A stretch of DNA of 64,000 nt from Euprymna scolopes (lineage: Eukaryota), in NCBI GenBank assembly GCA_053919585.1, contig CM132798.1; one strand, given 5' to 3'. The translations under genes and the position numbers were made by a program. Shown here one piece after another: positions 11,445 through 24,323 of the stretch. How positions within the stretch are numbered: position 1 is the first letter of the stretch; every line of letters starts with the position of its first letter. Under the pieces are notes generated by a model, which was not told where the DNA came from, did no database searches, and worked only from the letters and a program-made list of their open reading frames with translations.

Positions 11445-11565
11445 AAAGCACTTTGCACATTTCCAAAAGATTTGCCAGTAATAACTAGGAGGAATAGGAA
11501 TCGACGGCAAGACTGGCAAATTACAACGGTTGGTAATGCAGAGTACACGTGGAATTATAACGATG
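11445..11565 (+). mobile_element. C-terminal remnant of an R4/Dong-like element
   Basis: LCTFPKDLP..LGGIGIDGKTGKLQRLVMQSTRGII (with a lesion) resembles the LGTIPK..LQK..LLGTARIL C-terminal pattern. Confidence 0.45.
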
Positions 11566-12041
11566 CGAAAACTAAACCACGCAAACTGCAAACGCTAACA
11601 AGCCAAATGAAAACCCTAATAGATGTAACACAAAAAATGTGGTACCCCACCTTGAATTAATGTAACTGAAACTGCAAATTACCTTATAAAATGTACCCTT
11701 TCACCATCAAAATATAGCATAAGCTCAGCAGATTACACACAACATAGACAAGAGAGTCAAGGAGGTTAGCAAGGTTACGGAGAGGAAACACGAACTAGTC
11801 ACGCACGGGATAAGTGCAAAAATGACTTGGATCGAAATGTAAGTGGAGACCTATAGTCCTCTCCAGTGAGAAGTTAATGGTTTGTAGACGTTGCAATAAC
11901 GCAAAGTAATATGGGATTAAAGTATTTTGCAAGCTAAATGCTAAGAAATACTATCGTTTATTGTCAGAGCAATCATTTTCGATGATCTGCCTGAGAAGTA
12001 TGACTAAGGACAAATAATAATGGTGTTTATACTAATAAGAT

Positions 12042-12042
<1 letters not shown>

Positions 12043-12072
<30 letters not shown>
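12043..12072. repeat. (TTA)n microsatellite
   Basis: Direct observation. Confidence 0.95.
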
Positions 12073-12087
12073 GATTTTTAAATATTA

Positions 12088-12338
12088 GTTTTTTTTGTTT
12101 TTTACATGGGGGTCACCACTTATCAAGGCCAGAAGGCCACTCAGGCATAAGGGTTATTGCGTGTACAGTAATCAATGAGATAGTATTGTAGTAATCATTA
12201 GTGTTGGTGGTTTTGATAGAGTGTCTTACTTGAGGTGGCTGTTTGTCAGGAGTTTGTTCATGTTGGACTTGAAGACATCTAAGTTGTAGTCAGGTGGGAA
12301 AGAGGCAAGCGGCAGATTGTTCCACTGGCGTGCAGTTA
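12088..12338 (-). mobile_element. LINE family B 3' end fragment
   Basis: Poly(T) then CACCACTTATCAAGGCC..CCACTCAGG..TAAGGGTTATTGC, the reverse complement of the 3' end of the element at 22488-24323. Confidence 0.88.
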
Positions 12339-14787
12339 AGTAGTAGAATTAGCATTATAAGTCGAGTAAATATGACAACAGCGAAACAGAAAGTTTGCTA
12401 GCAAACTCATTAATATTAAACAAATGAGTAAAGGATGAAATAAAACAAGAAAACTAAAGCAGGTAAAACTGATTAATGAACGCCGAACAACAAATCACAA
12501 CTATGAAAGATGATGAAACAACTTTAAAGAAGAAACAAATGACTTAATGCAAAAAAAACAACATTTTCGTTAAATTTGCAGAGCAAAGATATCGACAAAT
12601 AAACTATTATTCTCCGTTTTATGTGTGATTTTATTTTTTCGATCAACAAAAGAACATAACGCTTTTCATCTATTTGCTCGGGTTAATCTTTTCTGTTTTA
12701 TTCGAACGAAAAGTGATTTCTACTAATTATTTTAATGATGTCTAAGTTTTACTCGAAAAAAGTGCTGTTCGTTGACTTTTGTTGCTCTACTAAAATTATT
12801 TTACTGGCGTTATAGGAAAAAACGGGAAAATTTAATCAAGGATAATCACGATATAAAACATGCATTATACAAAATACTGTTATTATTTGCGCATTTAATA
12901 CGACTCTTTAAGAGAACATGTGTAAAGCCCGAACTTAATAAAGACATATCTTGACCAAGTGACCCAAAAACTTTTTAAATCATCTGAAAAAAAACGACAA
13001 GACAAGTCATTTGCATCCTCGAAATAAAGACTTCCTTCAAAATTGTTTTGTTAACAACCTCTTATAAATAAGTGTAAGAAAACATATGAGTTAAGAGCAT
13101 GTTGATTACTGTCAATCATTTTAAGATATAAATGCTGGGTGCAGATATTTCTGAAATCAACTACGTTTTGTTTGTATATACAATTGTACGGTAGGTTCTG
13201 TTAATATAACTACAACTCGGGTTTTTCCGTTTTTAAATAATCTCATCGTTGTTTAATACATTGAATGCGTGATACACAGACAACATAGAAAAATGCTTCC
13301 TAACAAATTGGTTTAATTGAAGGATGAGAGAAAAGTGAGATGGGAGATTACTTGTGAATTAATATCCAAAAAAGGTATTCGTAAGGTGGCTGATTTAAAA
13401 CGGGTGATTATATATGGATTTAATATGGCGACAACCCTGATGATATAATGCAGCAAGCATATTGTAGAGTTAAGTATAATAATCAAAGAAGAAAGCGCCC
13501 ACGTGTATTTTATCTTGCGGTCAGACAACTTATCTTTATTCAACAGCAACAAATTATAGTTAATAAAATATCCTTTTTCAAAACCATTATACAAGATATC
13601 AGTTTCATCAAATATCTTGCTGGTACTCAGCAGCCATTGACACCAAGGCTGGTAGCCACACATTGCTATGTAGTGAATTTGCAGCTTTACAGCAAGCCAG
13701 ATAGCATTAATCACAGAACCTTTTAAGGAATTTAACTATTCTCTTATTTATTATGCCCCAGTTCTTCTGTCTCCTGATTTGTTTAAAAAATTAGAATCAT
13801 ATTTACTGTGAAAGTTAGTTTTTTTCCAATTCTCTTGTAGTTGTAGGATCTGAGAGAAAAATAAATTAAAGATGGCAGCCATGGATTTATAAGGTGTAGT
13901 CTCGTTGAATCTCACGAAATCTCCTCTTCCACTGCACACGTATGCCAATGGAATGGTGTCAGTTTTCTAGTAAAAAACTTGTTGGCAGAGGTAGTGGAGA
14001 GAACACGTGCTGAAAGTTGAGAGGGAAAGTTGACAGTGACGAATCCTAGCTGAACTTTAGCGTATTGTATTTATTTTATTTTGTTTTACTCTTTACCAGC
14101 CCATTTACTTCACATATATAGTGAAGAATAAAAGCTATTACCTGCAATATTTATGTTTCGTATTTTTGCAAATCGTTGATGCAATCGTGTGTATAGAATT
14201 TTTTTTATATAAATCGAGCGGTGATATCAGGTACGAGCGAAAGTTGTTGAGAACCGCCGGCAAAATAAAATAAAATGAAATCAAAATTTAAATAATTAAA
14301 AAAAAACGCGAATTATTTGTTACGATTTTTTTTTCTTCAACATATAAACATTAAGTCTTTAACATTAGATTAGAGTTCAGATTTGTGAATGTTTCTTTAA
14401 AGATAAAAAATTGACCCTCTGTTAAAGATTATCCTAATCATCATAAAACGTAATTCATTATTATATCGAGCAACTTATTATATAAATAATCCGCAAAATG
14501 AGGAAGAAAGAACCCCTTTAAATTTACACGGTTTTACCTGTTTATATATTTATAAAGAACGTAGGCATGACGTTGGAACAATTATCGAATTAGTAGAATA
14601 TGTTCATTAATATACCTATATATACGACTCTTTATTTTAGGTCTCCTCGCTGGCCATTTTGAAATGCATTTTATTTGTATCTATAAGTCCCTCTCAATTT
14701 ATTGATTATCATTTCAAGCGTGATTTATACTTATCGTCCGATTAACATATTATTAAGAAACATGTTGTTTCTGTAAGGTACAAAAGG

Positions 14788-14789
<2 letters not shown>

Positions 14790-14864
<75 letters not shown>
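14790..14864. repeat. Compound (TA)n(GA)n microsatellite; further long (TA)n tracts near 15462, 19814, 36188, 39988, 40125, 42207, 43617, 45334, 45525, 47165, 47290, 47507, 47997
   Basis: Direct observation. Confidence 0.97.
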
Positions 14865-14871
<7 letters not shown>

Positions 14872-15457
14872 GAAAAACATGACATGAAGAGACAAACACG
14901 TTAAACATAATACACTTTTCTTGTAAATAAATCGGCAGTTTATCGATTATCGAAAAGTTGATGTAATCAATAATAACTCGTCGTTCTATTTTAAGCAATA
15001 AAACCATGTTATCCTTTTTTCCACATGTTTATAAATTGTATAATTTTATACTTTTAAATATAAAGAATTAAGTAACAAGCCGGTTTATTGCTTAAAGATT
15101 CGTAATTCAAACACATTATTCTATGATAGTGTAAATTACATTAAGATGTATCAGCACGATCGACATTATTCTCTGATATGTTTTATCCATTCTCGAATAA
15201 GGTACTTACAAGGGTAATACATGAAGTTTGTTAAGATTAATAGTGATATATGTGCTTAGAACCGACCGACATCGAGCATTGGCACACCCGGATTATTTAC
15301 TGTAGCATCGTAAGTTCTCGATATCAGAATTGAAAATAAATCTCTTATCATTAATTTATTTTTATTTCGGACTATTAGTCTCATCTGAGACTAATAGTCC
15401 GAAATAAAAATAAATTAATATATAATGATCATCTCGAAAAATGAATTCCAATTAAGG

Positions 15458-15534
<77 letters not shown>

Positions 15535-15620
15535 AATCGGTACGGACCCGACTATGGAAGATCAGATAATAAATAAACGTGGATTTATAAGATCAAAGAA
15601 TCCAACCTTGATCGCCCTTC

Positions 15621-15705
15621 GGGGCCCGTGGCGCAGTTGATAGAGACTTTGAATCTCTACGGTTACAGATGAGAATTGTCATAAGATAGCGGTTTCAATC
15701 CCACC
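15621..15705 (+). promoter_or_regulatory. tRNA-derived (SINE-like) Pol III A/B boxes
   Basis: GGGGCCCG then TGGCGCAGTTGA (A box, 15629-15640) and GGTTTCAATCCC (B-box-like, 15691-15702); no complete cloverleaf. Confidence 0.6.
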
Positions 15706-15820
15706 CAAAGCGTGCCAGAGGTTAATTCGTCAAAATGTGGTGAGACGACAGCAACTACGGATGGCAGTGATGGCTGAGAATGCAGTTAGGATATTCGAAG
15801 TTCCTATCCGTCGCGGTTAC

Positions 15821-15862
15821 CACCTGACGAAGACCAGAGGAATAGTTGGCCGAAACGTTGTG
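15821..15862 (+). ncRNA. Minimal type I hammerhead ribozyme motif
   Basis: CAC-CTGACGA-AGACCA..TGGCC-GAAA-CG-TT-GTG: core boxes intact, stem I CAC/GTG, stem II with one mismatch, palindromic ACGT stem III typical of minimal dimeric hammerheads. Confidence 0.7.
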
Positions 15863-16169
15863 AATAAACAAACCAATAAAAAGATTTAAAAAAACAACTA
15901 ATAAAGATGAGACTAATAGTCCAAAATATAAAATAAATTAATATATAATACTCATCTAAAAAAAATGAATTCCAATTAAGGAATAATATAAATCTCATTA
16001 TTCGTCCCATGTAATTGGTGTTACCCGTTTAGTCTGTGTTTGTTCATGGTATATAACACTGTTTATAATGCAGCATTAGTCAGAGACGATGAAATACCAT
16101 ACAGATGTCGTCAGATAAACGGGCTGCTGTTCAGTAAGTTTCTAGATTATTCTTGTTATAAGATCTTTT

Positions 16170-16420
16170 ATTCAAAAACTTTACCTTCACTTGATGTATC
16201 GTCATAACAATTTCTGGAACGTCACATTGAAGTCCTCTTCTGTGACTGTATAAATGAATAGTTAATCTCCTGAATTGTCCCCAAACGGCAACCTCTAAGG
16301 TTTTCCTGGAATGGAGGCATAATTAAAAGTCACAGGGTGCAAGGAGTTGACTATATGAAGATTGAGGAACTGGCTTGATATTCATCTTGGTCAAATTGTT
16401 TTTGACAGGGATGGAGTTGT
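16170..16420 (-). mobile_element. mariner transposase C-terminal remnant
   Basis: IKPVPQSSYSQLLAPCDF matches the YSPDLAPxDF motif, followed by LRGCRLGTIQEI and EEDFNVTFQKL. Confidence 0.7.
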
Positions 16421-17771
16421 GAACTGGTGTATTCACATCTTAAGTTCCTTGCGAATACTTGATCAAACTGTGTGCGTATTGTGTCTATTGACACGCCATG
16501 GTCCACATAAAAATCTTTATTTGGGCAATCAACTCTGGTTGTATGACTGCCTTACTCCTCCCACAATTATAACCATTCCTCACAAACCCCCTTCCTTCCT
16601 TCAATCTCTAATATTACTCAAAAACTGATGGTCAATTCAGGCATGATTGTCCAAAAGCAGTCGTAAGCATTCAACACATTACTGTGGAATTTTTGCAATG
16701 TGTAATCCAGAATTTTATTGCATATCCTTCTTCCAAAATGTCCTTATGTCTGGATTGCATTTTTGAAATTCATCAACTGTGCAAATCAGGCTTTAGCTGT
16801 TGATTTGGACCATGAAATCAGAAAAATTGGTCAATTATCTCATGTAATGTATAGTAATAATATATTTCCAGGAGTCTGCGGCAATTTCAAATGTCTGTAA
16901 AATGTCCAAAACTTTATTACGTCATCAATCAAACAATAACAGTATCAACAGTTCTTAAAGGCGTTGATTTTAATATATAGAAAGTATCTAATAATCTAAT
17001 TTGGTTGATTTGGTTAATAGGAGTGCGTGCAATAACACAGGAAGTCGCGAGACGAATGAACTGTCGGTAGGCCATGTATTATATATTATATGGGGAATAA
17101 AAGGCGAAAAGGATGTAAAAGGAAAGTATTAGTAAAGTGAAACAATTCTAATGCTGGCGTAAGTAACACATGTTAATGATTGCCTCTCTGATACGTCTCC
17201 ATAGCATCAGGCTTTAATAACTGACGTACAATTTTGCTACAATAATTGGCGTTTCATAATAGACATAATACGGATGTTTATGTCTTGAAACGATGAATTT
17301 ATTGCTGTAAGTAAACAAAACTACAGCTTTACTTTAAAACTTTCATTGAAAAATCAATTGATATAATTTAATTATGTAGTAGAGCTGACATCTATTCAAT
17401 GTAGCCGCCATCAACCTAAATCCCTGCCTCGATACCTGTCTGGAAATTGGAGCCTGCTTTTTAGCTTGGCGGGAGCTCGGCGAATACTTTGCGAATAGCG
17501 GCGGTCAGCCTTGCTTTTATGTTGTATGAGCTCATAAATATGCGGTTCTCAGCGTATGCTTGAATTTGGTTCATAATATTAGAAATTTGGATTTTTCATC
17601 TGCGAAATCTTCTGAGAATAACATTCAAGATGAGACCAGCAGTATTTAATATTTAAATATTACGCCAATATTTTATCATTTTCTTGGTTTTAAAGAATAA
17701 TTACATATCAAATCAATAAGTCAACGTGACCCTGATCTCACATATACTTATCCCATTTAAACCACGTATAG

Positions 17772-18100
17772 TTTTTTTGCCTGTCGGTCAACCCGAAAAT
17801 TACTCGAACATAAAGGTTAATGAATGTAAGATGGTATTGTAGTAGTCGTTAATGGTGTAGATTGAGTCGAATTTGATTGTTTATGGGAAAATCTCTAGAA
17901 GAACTTGTTCACATTGGATTTGAAGGTTGCTATATTGTAGTCGGGAAGCAGGACAGTGGAATAGTGTTCCACAGGCTGGCAGTTCTTAGAAAGAAAGTTT
18001 TTTCATTCAATCTGCGTTTAGATTTAAACACAGCTGGAGAGTGTGGGATATCATATACAGTGGTTGTAGCTAGTCAAGTGTTTCTTCTGTAAAAGTTTTG
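17772..18100 (-). mobile_element. Diverged LINE (family B-related) 3' fragment
   Basis: FFLRTASLWNTIPLSCFP..FKSNVNKF on the - strand, ending in an A tail. Confidence 0.75.
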
Positions 18101-18847
18101 TAAGGTTTGTTATAAATTGGAATTCAATCAAACATTGACATGAAAGGATCAATAGAGCAGAAATAGGCTCGAAACGTCTGTGGGAAAGAAGTTACAGGGA
18201 AGAAAAAGAACATAATTTCCGTGGTTTTGAACTCTAGCATACACACATCTTCTAAAGATATGGTATTTAACGAAAATCAGGTCAACAGATTAAGTGAATA
18301 AGTGTCCTATATAATACGAGCGACATCTTAAATGATTTCCTCTTACAATTATAGCAATATTCTGCAGCTGCCTTGAAATGCTACGTGTTTAATATCCTGA
18401 TTAGTAATATGATAGGTATTGATTGATCAGTACTCCTAACTTGAGTAGTACTCATTTTTTACTCTATAATTTTAAATCTTTTTTCACCCTAAACAAGACA
18501 GCTTAAAACTTGGACGTAAGGTATGAATATATAGGGACGTGTCTAAAAGGGAACTTTAAAGAACTGAGTAGCGGTATCTGTTCACAATACATTTAAATTT
18601 CTGCACGTTACACCAGTCATGAAAGCAGAAAACAAGGTAGGATTTCAAGGTTCTAGCAGTCCCAGTATCCAAGCTATAGGATAAACAAACTTTACGGAAT
18701 CTAGAAACCTCCACAGTAAAGGGGTGAGATTTTGCTGTTTGTTCAGTAACTATGAAGTAAGTACGGTGAGGGTCACATGTGCTATGAATTGATTTTCAAC
18801 ATTCACACAAATCAGGATTCGCTAGAGGTACGCGATATTACAAAATA

Positions 18848-19655
18848 TCTATATAATTATAAACTCATATGACCTTGTATGTAATCCACTTTCCGGTTTA
18901 CGACATCCGGTTGCGAATGCGCGCATAAACATTAATCCATAACAACGTAAACAAATAAACGCAAATCACTTCTTTTGAAGATCTTGACCTGCACACTGAA
19001 ATATTAACGTTATTATTTCAAAATTATTATTTAATATGGGAAGAGTGATGTTTAAAATAACTTAAACGTAATACAGAAATGAACGATGTAAAAAATAATG
19101 CAGACAGTATTAACAGTTGTTTATTTGGATAATTAAAACGTGAAAAAAACAAAAACGAGATAACAATTGGGACGCTGAAATATTAACGTTATTATTTCGA
19201 AATTATTATTTAACATAGGAAGAGTGGGGGTATAAAATAAACAAAAGACAAAAGAACAATTGGGACGCTGAAATATTAATATTAAGCTTTCGGAATTATT
19301 ATTTAACATGGGAAGAGGAGGGTATAAAATAATTGAAACCTAATACAGAAATAAACGATGTAAAAAAGTAGATATATCAAAATTTGAATTTAACTATAAG
19401 TATTATGGTATCTGTTCAGTGCACATTTACCTATAAGTATGGTCAGTAACTGTAATTTTTTTTTAAATAATCAATTATAATAAACAGAACGACTCATAGA
19501 AATATATTTATATTCTTTTTTCATTTTAATATACTTTCATAGAAATGTTTCTGTTATGTAAAAAAACTATTTTCTTTACGTCACAAGTGTCACTCTCATA
19601 CATGAATTCAATAGCTAATATAACATACTGACCCAACGGGTCACGGATAGTCTAG
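18848..19655 (+). mobile_element. Non-autonomous Helitron-like element with internal repeats
   Basis: A|TCTATATA 5' end, subterminal hairpin TGACCC-AAC-GGGTCA (19629-19643), CTAG|T 3' end; three copies of CTGAAATATTAA..AATTATTATTTAA..GGAAGAG inside. Confidence 0.75.
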
Positions 19656-19810
19656 TATTTATATAAAATTGAATCCAGCCGTACTGGAAAAATAGAAAAT
19701 TTTCACCGAAAATGTTTAGTGCGCCAACTCGAAGAAAAAACAAATCACATAGAAAGCAAAGTTTTTAGATATAAAAGTTTTTATACTATTCCGACATGCG
19801 TGGTATTTCT

Positions 19811-19884
<74 letters not shown>

Positions 19885-20759
19885 CATGTGGTAACTGATT
19901 AATTATTTTACAATATGCTTTACAATATCAAATGTAGTGGAACATATACTTTTTCTTTACTCATCGAAGAACAATAAGCAATCAAAAATTGGTATTTATA
20001 CATTATCTCTGGAATACACCTGAAAAAGTCTAGTATGGTTTAGTAAGCGATGACGTAAGAGTTATGATACTATTTTAATGTTTTGGTTGTTTATATTTTT
20101 ATTACGCACTATATTCTTAAAAGATAAAACAGTACAAAAGCAGGGAAACAAACAACATATTCACGTTCGGAAAATATATTGCCCTTATATTTGTAAATAA
20201 AGTGTAGTAAATCAACCAGTATTGTTATAATTTCTGTAATTTATCTCATGTTATTAAGTACTTTTTTGCGTATTTACTGATGGCTCGACTAATGCTATTT
20301 ACTGCACTACAACGTGTTCCATCGCAATTTAGAGATATTTAGCGTTTATGGGGTGCATATTACACTAACCATTCTCTTTATCAATAACTGCAATCATAAC
20401 ATACCATTTAATCGAAATTATCTATCAAAGAAGTCGAGAGAATAATTATGCTTCAACGAATTCAACAAACGGGAAAATATTTTGAGTCTAAGATATAAAA
20501 TACGAAGAGATTATGTAAAATCTATCAAATTGTCACTAAAATAAAAAGTTTCTATTTTCGTTGTGTTGTGCATATTCAGACAAATCGTCGATTTCCAATT
20601 ATTTCTCTCTGTGGAACGATTCAAAAAGAGTCGCCAATCTAATATTTCCTGCACAATCAGCTTGGCTTCACTTTTTCTGTCCCGTTGACGGAATGTATCA
20701 TCCTTCTGCCTGTTTTACAAGTATGTTAATAGTAGCTGCTCCAACGAACTATTAGCCAG

Positions 20760-21055
20760 TGTACCCCCATCTACGTTAATACTCTCGACAAGCCCGCCAA
20801 GCAGCAAAATCCCACCCCTAAACAGTAATCCCCAGATACCAGAATGCCTTCTACTCTAAAAGTTTATTCCCTAGGAGTGCAAGACTTTGAAATTCACCTC
20901 CAGATTTTCCTTCCACTGACTACTTACATGCGGAAGTTCAAGAGCCATGTAAACATATTTCTTGTTGGTAAAATCCCTACAGAGACTCCATTGGGAATAA
21001 CATCTCAAATAGTAGCCTGCTACATAAAAGTTGCCCTGTGCCTTGTTTTGGATAA
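20760..21055 (+). mobile_element. Old LINE family A 3' fragment
   Basis: Degenerate match to 2480-2765 (CGACAAGCCCGCCAAGCAGC, ACATGCGGAAGTTCAAG, TGTGCCTTGTTTTGG). Confidence 0.7.
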
Positions 21056-21967
21056 ATATCCAATAAAAATGCCGTTTATGGATCCTTGCTGGCACATTAT
21101 CGTGATTCTAATATATCGAAAAAAAAACACACATTATGTGTAAAACCAAAAAAGTATATTGCTTATATTGGAGAGAAAAGTTGAAGAAGTTGATTGATGC
21201 TAAGTTTTTAAACACATTTGAAACTTTTATTCACTCAAACAACGTTACAAGCGAAATGTGAATGCAAACATTGTTTGTTTCATGTCTTTCCCAAGAAACA
21301 CAATTTTTCGTGTAATCATTTACACGCTAGAAATTATAAATCGCTTTAAATTAATTCTTGATCGTTATCTTGTTTAATATCAAACAGTAGATAACAGTAA
21401 GAGAAACACGTGACAATGTTCTCATTATCTTGTGTTCAATCCGAGCTATAGATAAATGAAACAAAAAAAAATCCTCTAATAAAAGATCAATACCTCTCTT
21501 CGCAAGATATTGTCATATCTACATAAAGACAGGATTTGTATTAAATATTTGAGAAATTCAAATTCTCAATAAGGAATACACTAACTTAGCATGTTTACTG
21601 CATAACAAAATAATAAAATTAAACCATATTACTTATTGTAAAATACATTTTTATAATAAATGTATGTTAAAACTGTTAAATACATGGCAATTACAATAAC
21701 ATTAAGGTGTAAATAATAATAGCGTGTAAAACATGTAAACAACTTTCGGCGAGGCACATATATCTCTAATATAGAAATCGTTTTTTCTATGTATGCACAA
21801 TTGTACTAATATTCCTTACTTTTACAAATAGATTATTGAACATAACAATGTCCGGGATAAAATATCTCAAAATAATTTCATTAATTATAAAATTAAATTA
21901 ACAAATTAAATTAATCATTATTATATATTATTCAAGCAATATATATATAGACAGCATATCATTCATC

Positions 21968-22487
21968 ATATCATAATAATAAATATATGCCAAATATAGT
22001 TTTTACAATTATACACAAACTACACAATATATCATAATGAACAATATATGTCAAATACAGGTTTTACAATTATACTCGAAATAAACAATATATCATAATA
22101 AACAGTATTTATCAAATATAGCTTTTACAATTATACACAAAATAAAAAATATATCATGATAAACAATATATGTCAAATATAGTTTTTACAATTATACACA
22201 AAATAAACAATATATTTTAATAAACAATATATATCAAATATTGTTTTACAATTATACACAAGATACACAATATATCATAATAAACAATATATATTAAAAT
22301 AGGTTTTAAAATTGTATATGAAATAAAAAGTATATCATAATAAACACTATATATCAAATATACGTTTTACATCCATGCACAAAATAAACAATATATCATA
22401 ATAAACCATACATGTCAAATATAGGTCTTACAATTATACACAAAATAAACAATATATCATAATAAACAATATATATCAAATATACAA
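21968..22487. repeat. About 61-bp AT-rich minisatellite, left part (roughly 8 units)
   Basis: Unit TATCATAATAAACAATATATGTCAAATATAGGTTTTACAATTATACACAAAATAAACAATA in tandem. Confidence 0.95.
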
Positions 22488-24323
22488 ACAAATAGGATCC
22501 TGAACAGAAGTGTGCGTTCTATCCCAACCATTATCAATGGACCAGAGGTTATCTCGTCAGCGTCAGACAAGGCCAAACTATTTGCAAAGAACTTTGCAGC
22601 TAATTATACCCTATGCGACGAAGGCCATCAACTCCCCATATTTCCTCCTATAACACAGAACAAGCTAGGTAATATACAAATATCCGTGCATGTGGTCGCC
22701 AAGCTAATAAAGAACCTAGATTCCAGTAAAGCAACTGGCCCTGATGGCATCCCAATTATAGTGTTAAAAAAGCTTCAACCAGAACTTGCTCCCATACTTA
22801 CGAAACTATTTAAGCGCTGCCTTAAGGAGAAGTGCTTTCCGACCCCCTGGAAGACCTCATCAGTTTGCCCTGTATTTAAGAATTCAGGTGATAAGTCATC
22901 TCCCTCTCAATACAGACCAATAAGTCTTCTCTGTGTTATGAGTAAGTTACTGGAATCAATATTAAATAGAGAAATAGTCAACCACCTCAGCAGAAACAAC
23001 CTTCTTAGTGACACACAATATGGTTTCCGCTCTGCAGGATCTACCGCAGATGTGCTGACGGTTATATCCCACAGGATTAGTGAATCTCTTGACAAAGGCT
23101 TCCTTTCTAGGGCAATTGCTCTTGACATATCAAAGGCCTTTGACAAAGTATGGCATAAGGGTCTACTTCACAAGATTTCCAGCTACGGTATAACTGGAAA
23201 TGTTTTCTCAATCATTAAATCATTTCTCTCCGATAGGCTCATAAGAGTAGTGGTAGATGGACAAAAATCGGAGGCCTGCAATATAAATGCTGGAGTCCCT
23301 CAGGGGTCAATCCTCGGCCCAACTCTCTTCCTGATCTACATCAATGACCTCCCTAAACACATACTTAAATCATTCGTTGACATCTATGCTGATGACACGA
23401 CCATCTACGGCAACACATCAAAGGCTGTAAATGACGAAGTTCTCTCGGATTCTCTCTCCTCTGATCTCGAACGCGTGGTTCAGTGGGGGAAGATGTGGCT
23501 AGTTACCTTTAATGCATCTAAAACCAAACTCCTATCCTTACATCATCAACGCTCTGATCCCCAGCTGGCATCAATTGTGATGGATGGCTCTCGTCTGGGT
23601 GAGGCCCCGTGTTTTGACAAGCTTTAGGGTTTGACCTTTACTCCTGATCTGAAATGGAACACGTACATCAAGTCTGTTGCCAAGGTCGCAGGAAAGATGG
23701 TGGGATCCTTCTACCGCTCCAGAAGATATCTCACTACTGATGCAATTCTCTATCTATATAAAAGCCAAGTACGGCCAAGGATGGAATACTGTTGCCATAT
23801 CTGGGCAGGAGCTGCCAAAAACAGCCTATCATGCCTTGACAGAGTACAAAATAGACTTCGTGGTTTAGTGGGGGATGCCCTTTTCTCTACCCTGCAACCC
23901 CTCTCCCACAGAAGAGACGTTGCGAGCCTATCCTTGTTTTATCGTTATTTTCATGGCAGGTGCTCGTCTGAACTCCAATCCCTGGTGCCCCCTCGCCAAA
24001 CTTTCACGAAAAACACCCGTCTAGCTGAATCCACTGTGAAAAATTTCCCCCACTCTATATCTGTGCCTAAATCAAAACGCGGATTTCATGAGCAAAGCTT
24101 CTTTCTTAGAACTGCACGCCTGTGGAACTCTGTTCCGTCTGCCTGCTTCCCTCCGGACTACAACTTGGATGTCTTCAAGTCTAATGTTAACAAATTCCTA
24201 ATGAACCGCCCCCTAATTAAACACTTCATAAAATCTCCTCACTAACGTGATGTACTTGCAATAACCCTTATCCCTGAGTGGCTTCCGGGCCTTGATAAGT
24301 GGTGATCACTGTGTAAAAAAAAA
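22488..24323 (+). mobile_element. 5'-truncated CR1/Zenon-like LINE family B, RT with a single in-frame stop
   Basis: ORFs 22512..23627 and 23631..24245 are in the same frame, separated by TAG; GVPQGSILGP, YADD, YKSQVRPRMEYCCHIWAGA, RRDVASLSLFYRY; A tail. Confidence 0.95.

Larger units (their letters stand above)
15350..15990 (+). mobile_element. Non-autonomous Penelope-type element: inverted 5' segment, partial tandem tail, tRNA-like segment and hammerhead
   Basis: Perfect 34-bp hairpin arms 15350-15383/15386-15419; about 80-bp direct repeat 15386-15468 vs 15909-15990; hammerhead core at 15824-15858; FIRSKNPTL resembles a GIY-YIG C-terminal tail. Confidence 0.7.

Noticed and set aside
13313-13948. 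ORFs 13313..13714, 13448..13726 and 13751..13948 as host exons
   Set aside because: No recognisable domain or convincing splice structure; lengths compatible with chance.
14245-14260. GTTGAGAACCGCCG as a hAT/Charlie terminal repeat
   Set aside because: No partner TIR or 8-bp target duplication found.
15621-15705. Functional tRNA gene
   Set aside because: Only A/B boxes are recognisable; acceptor and anticodon stems do not form.
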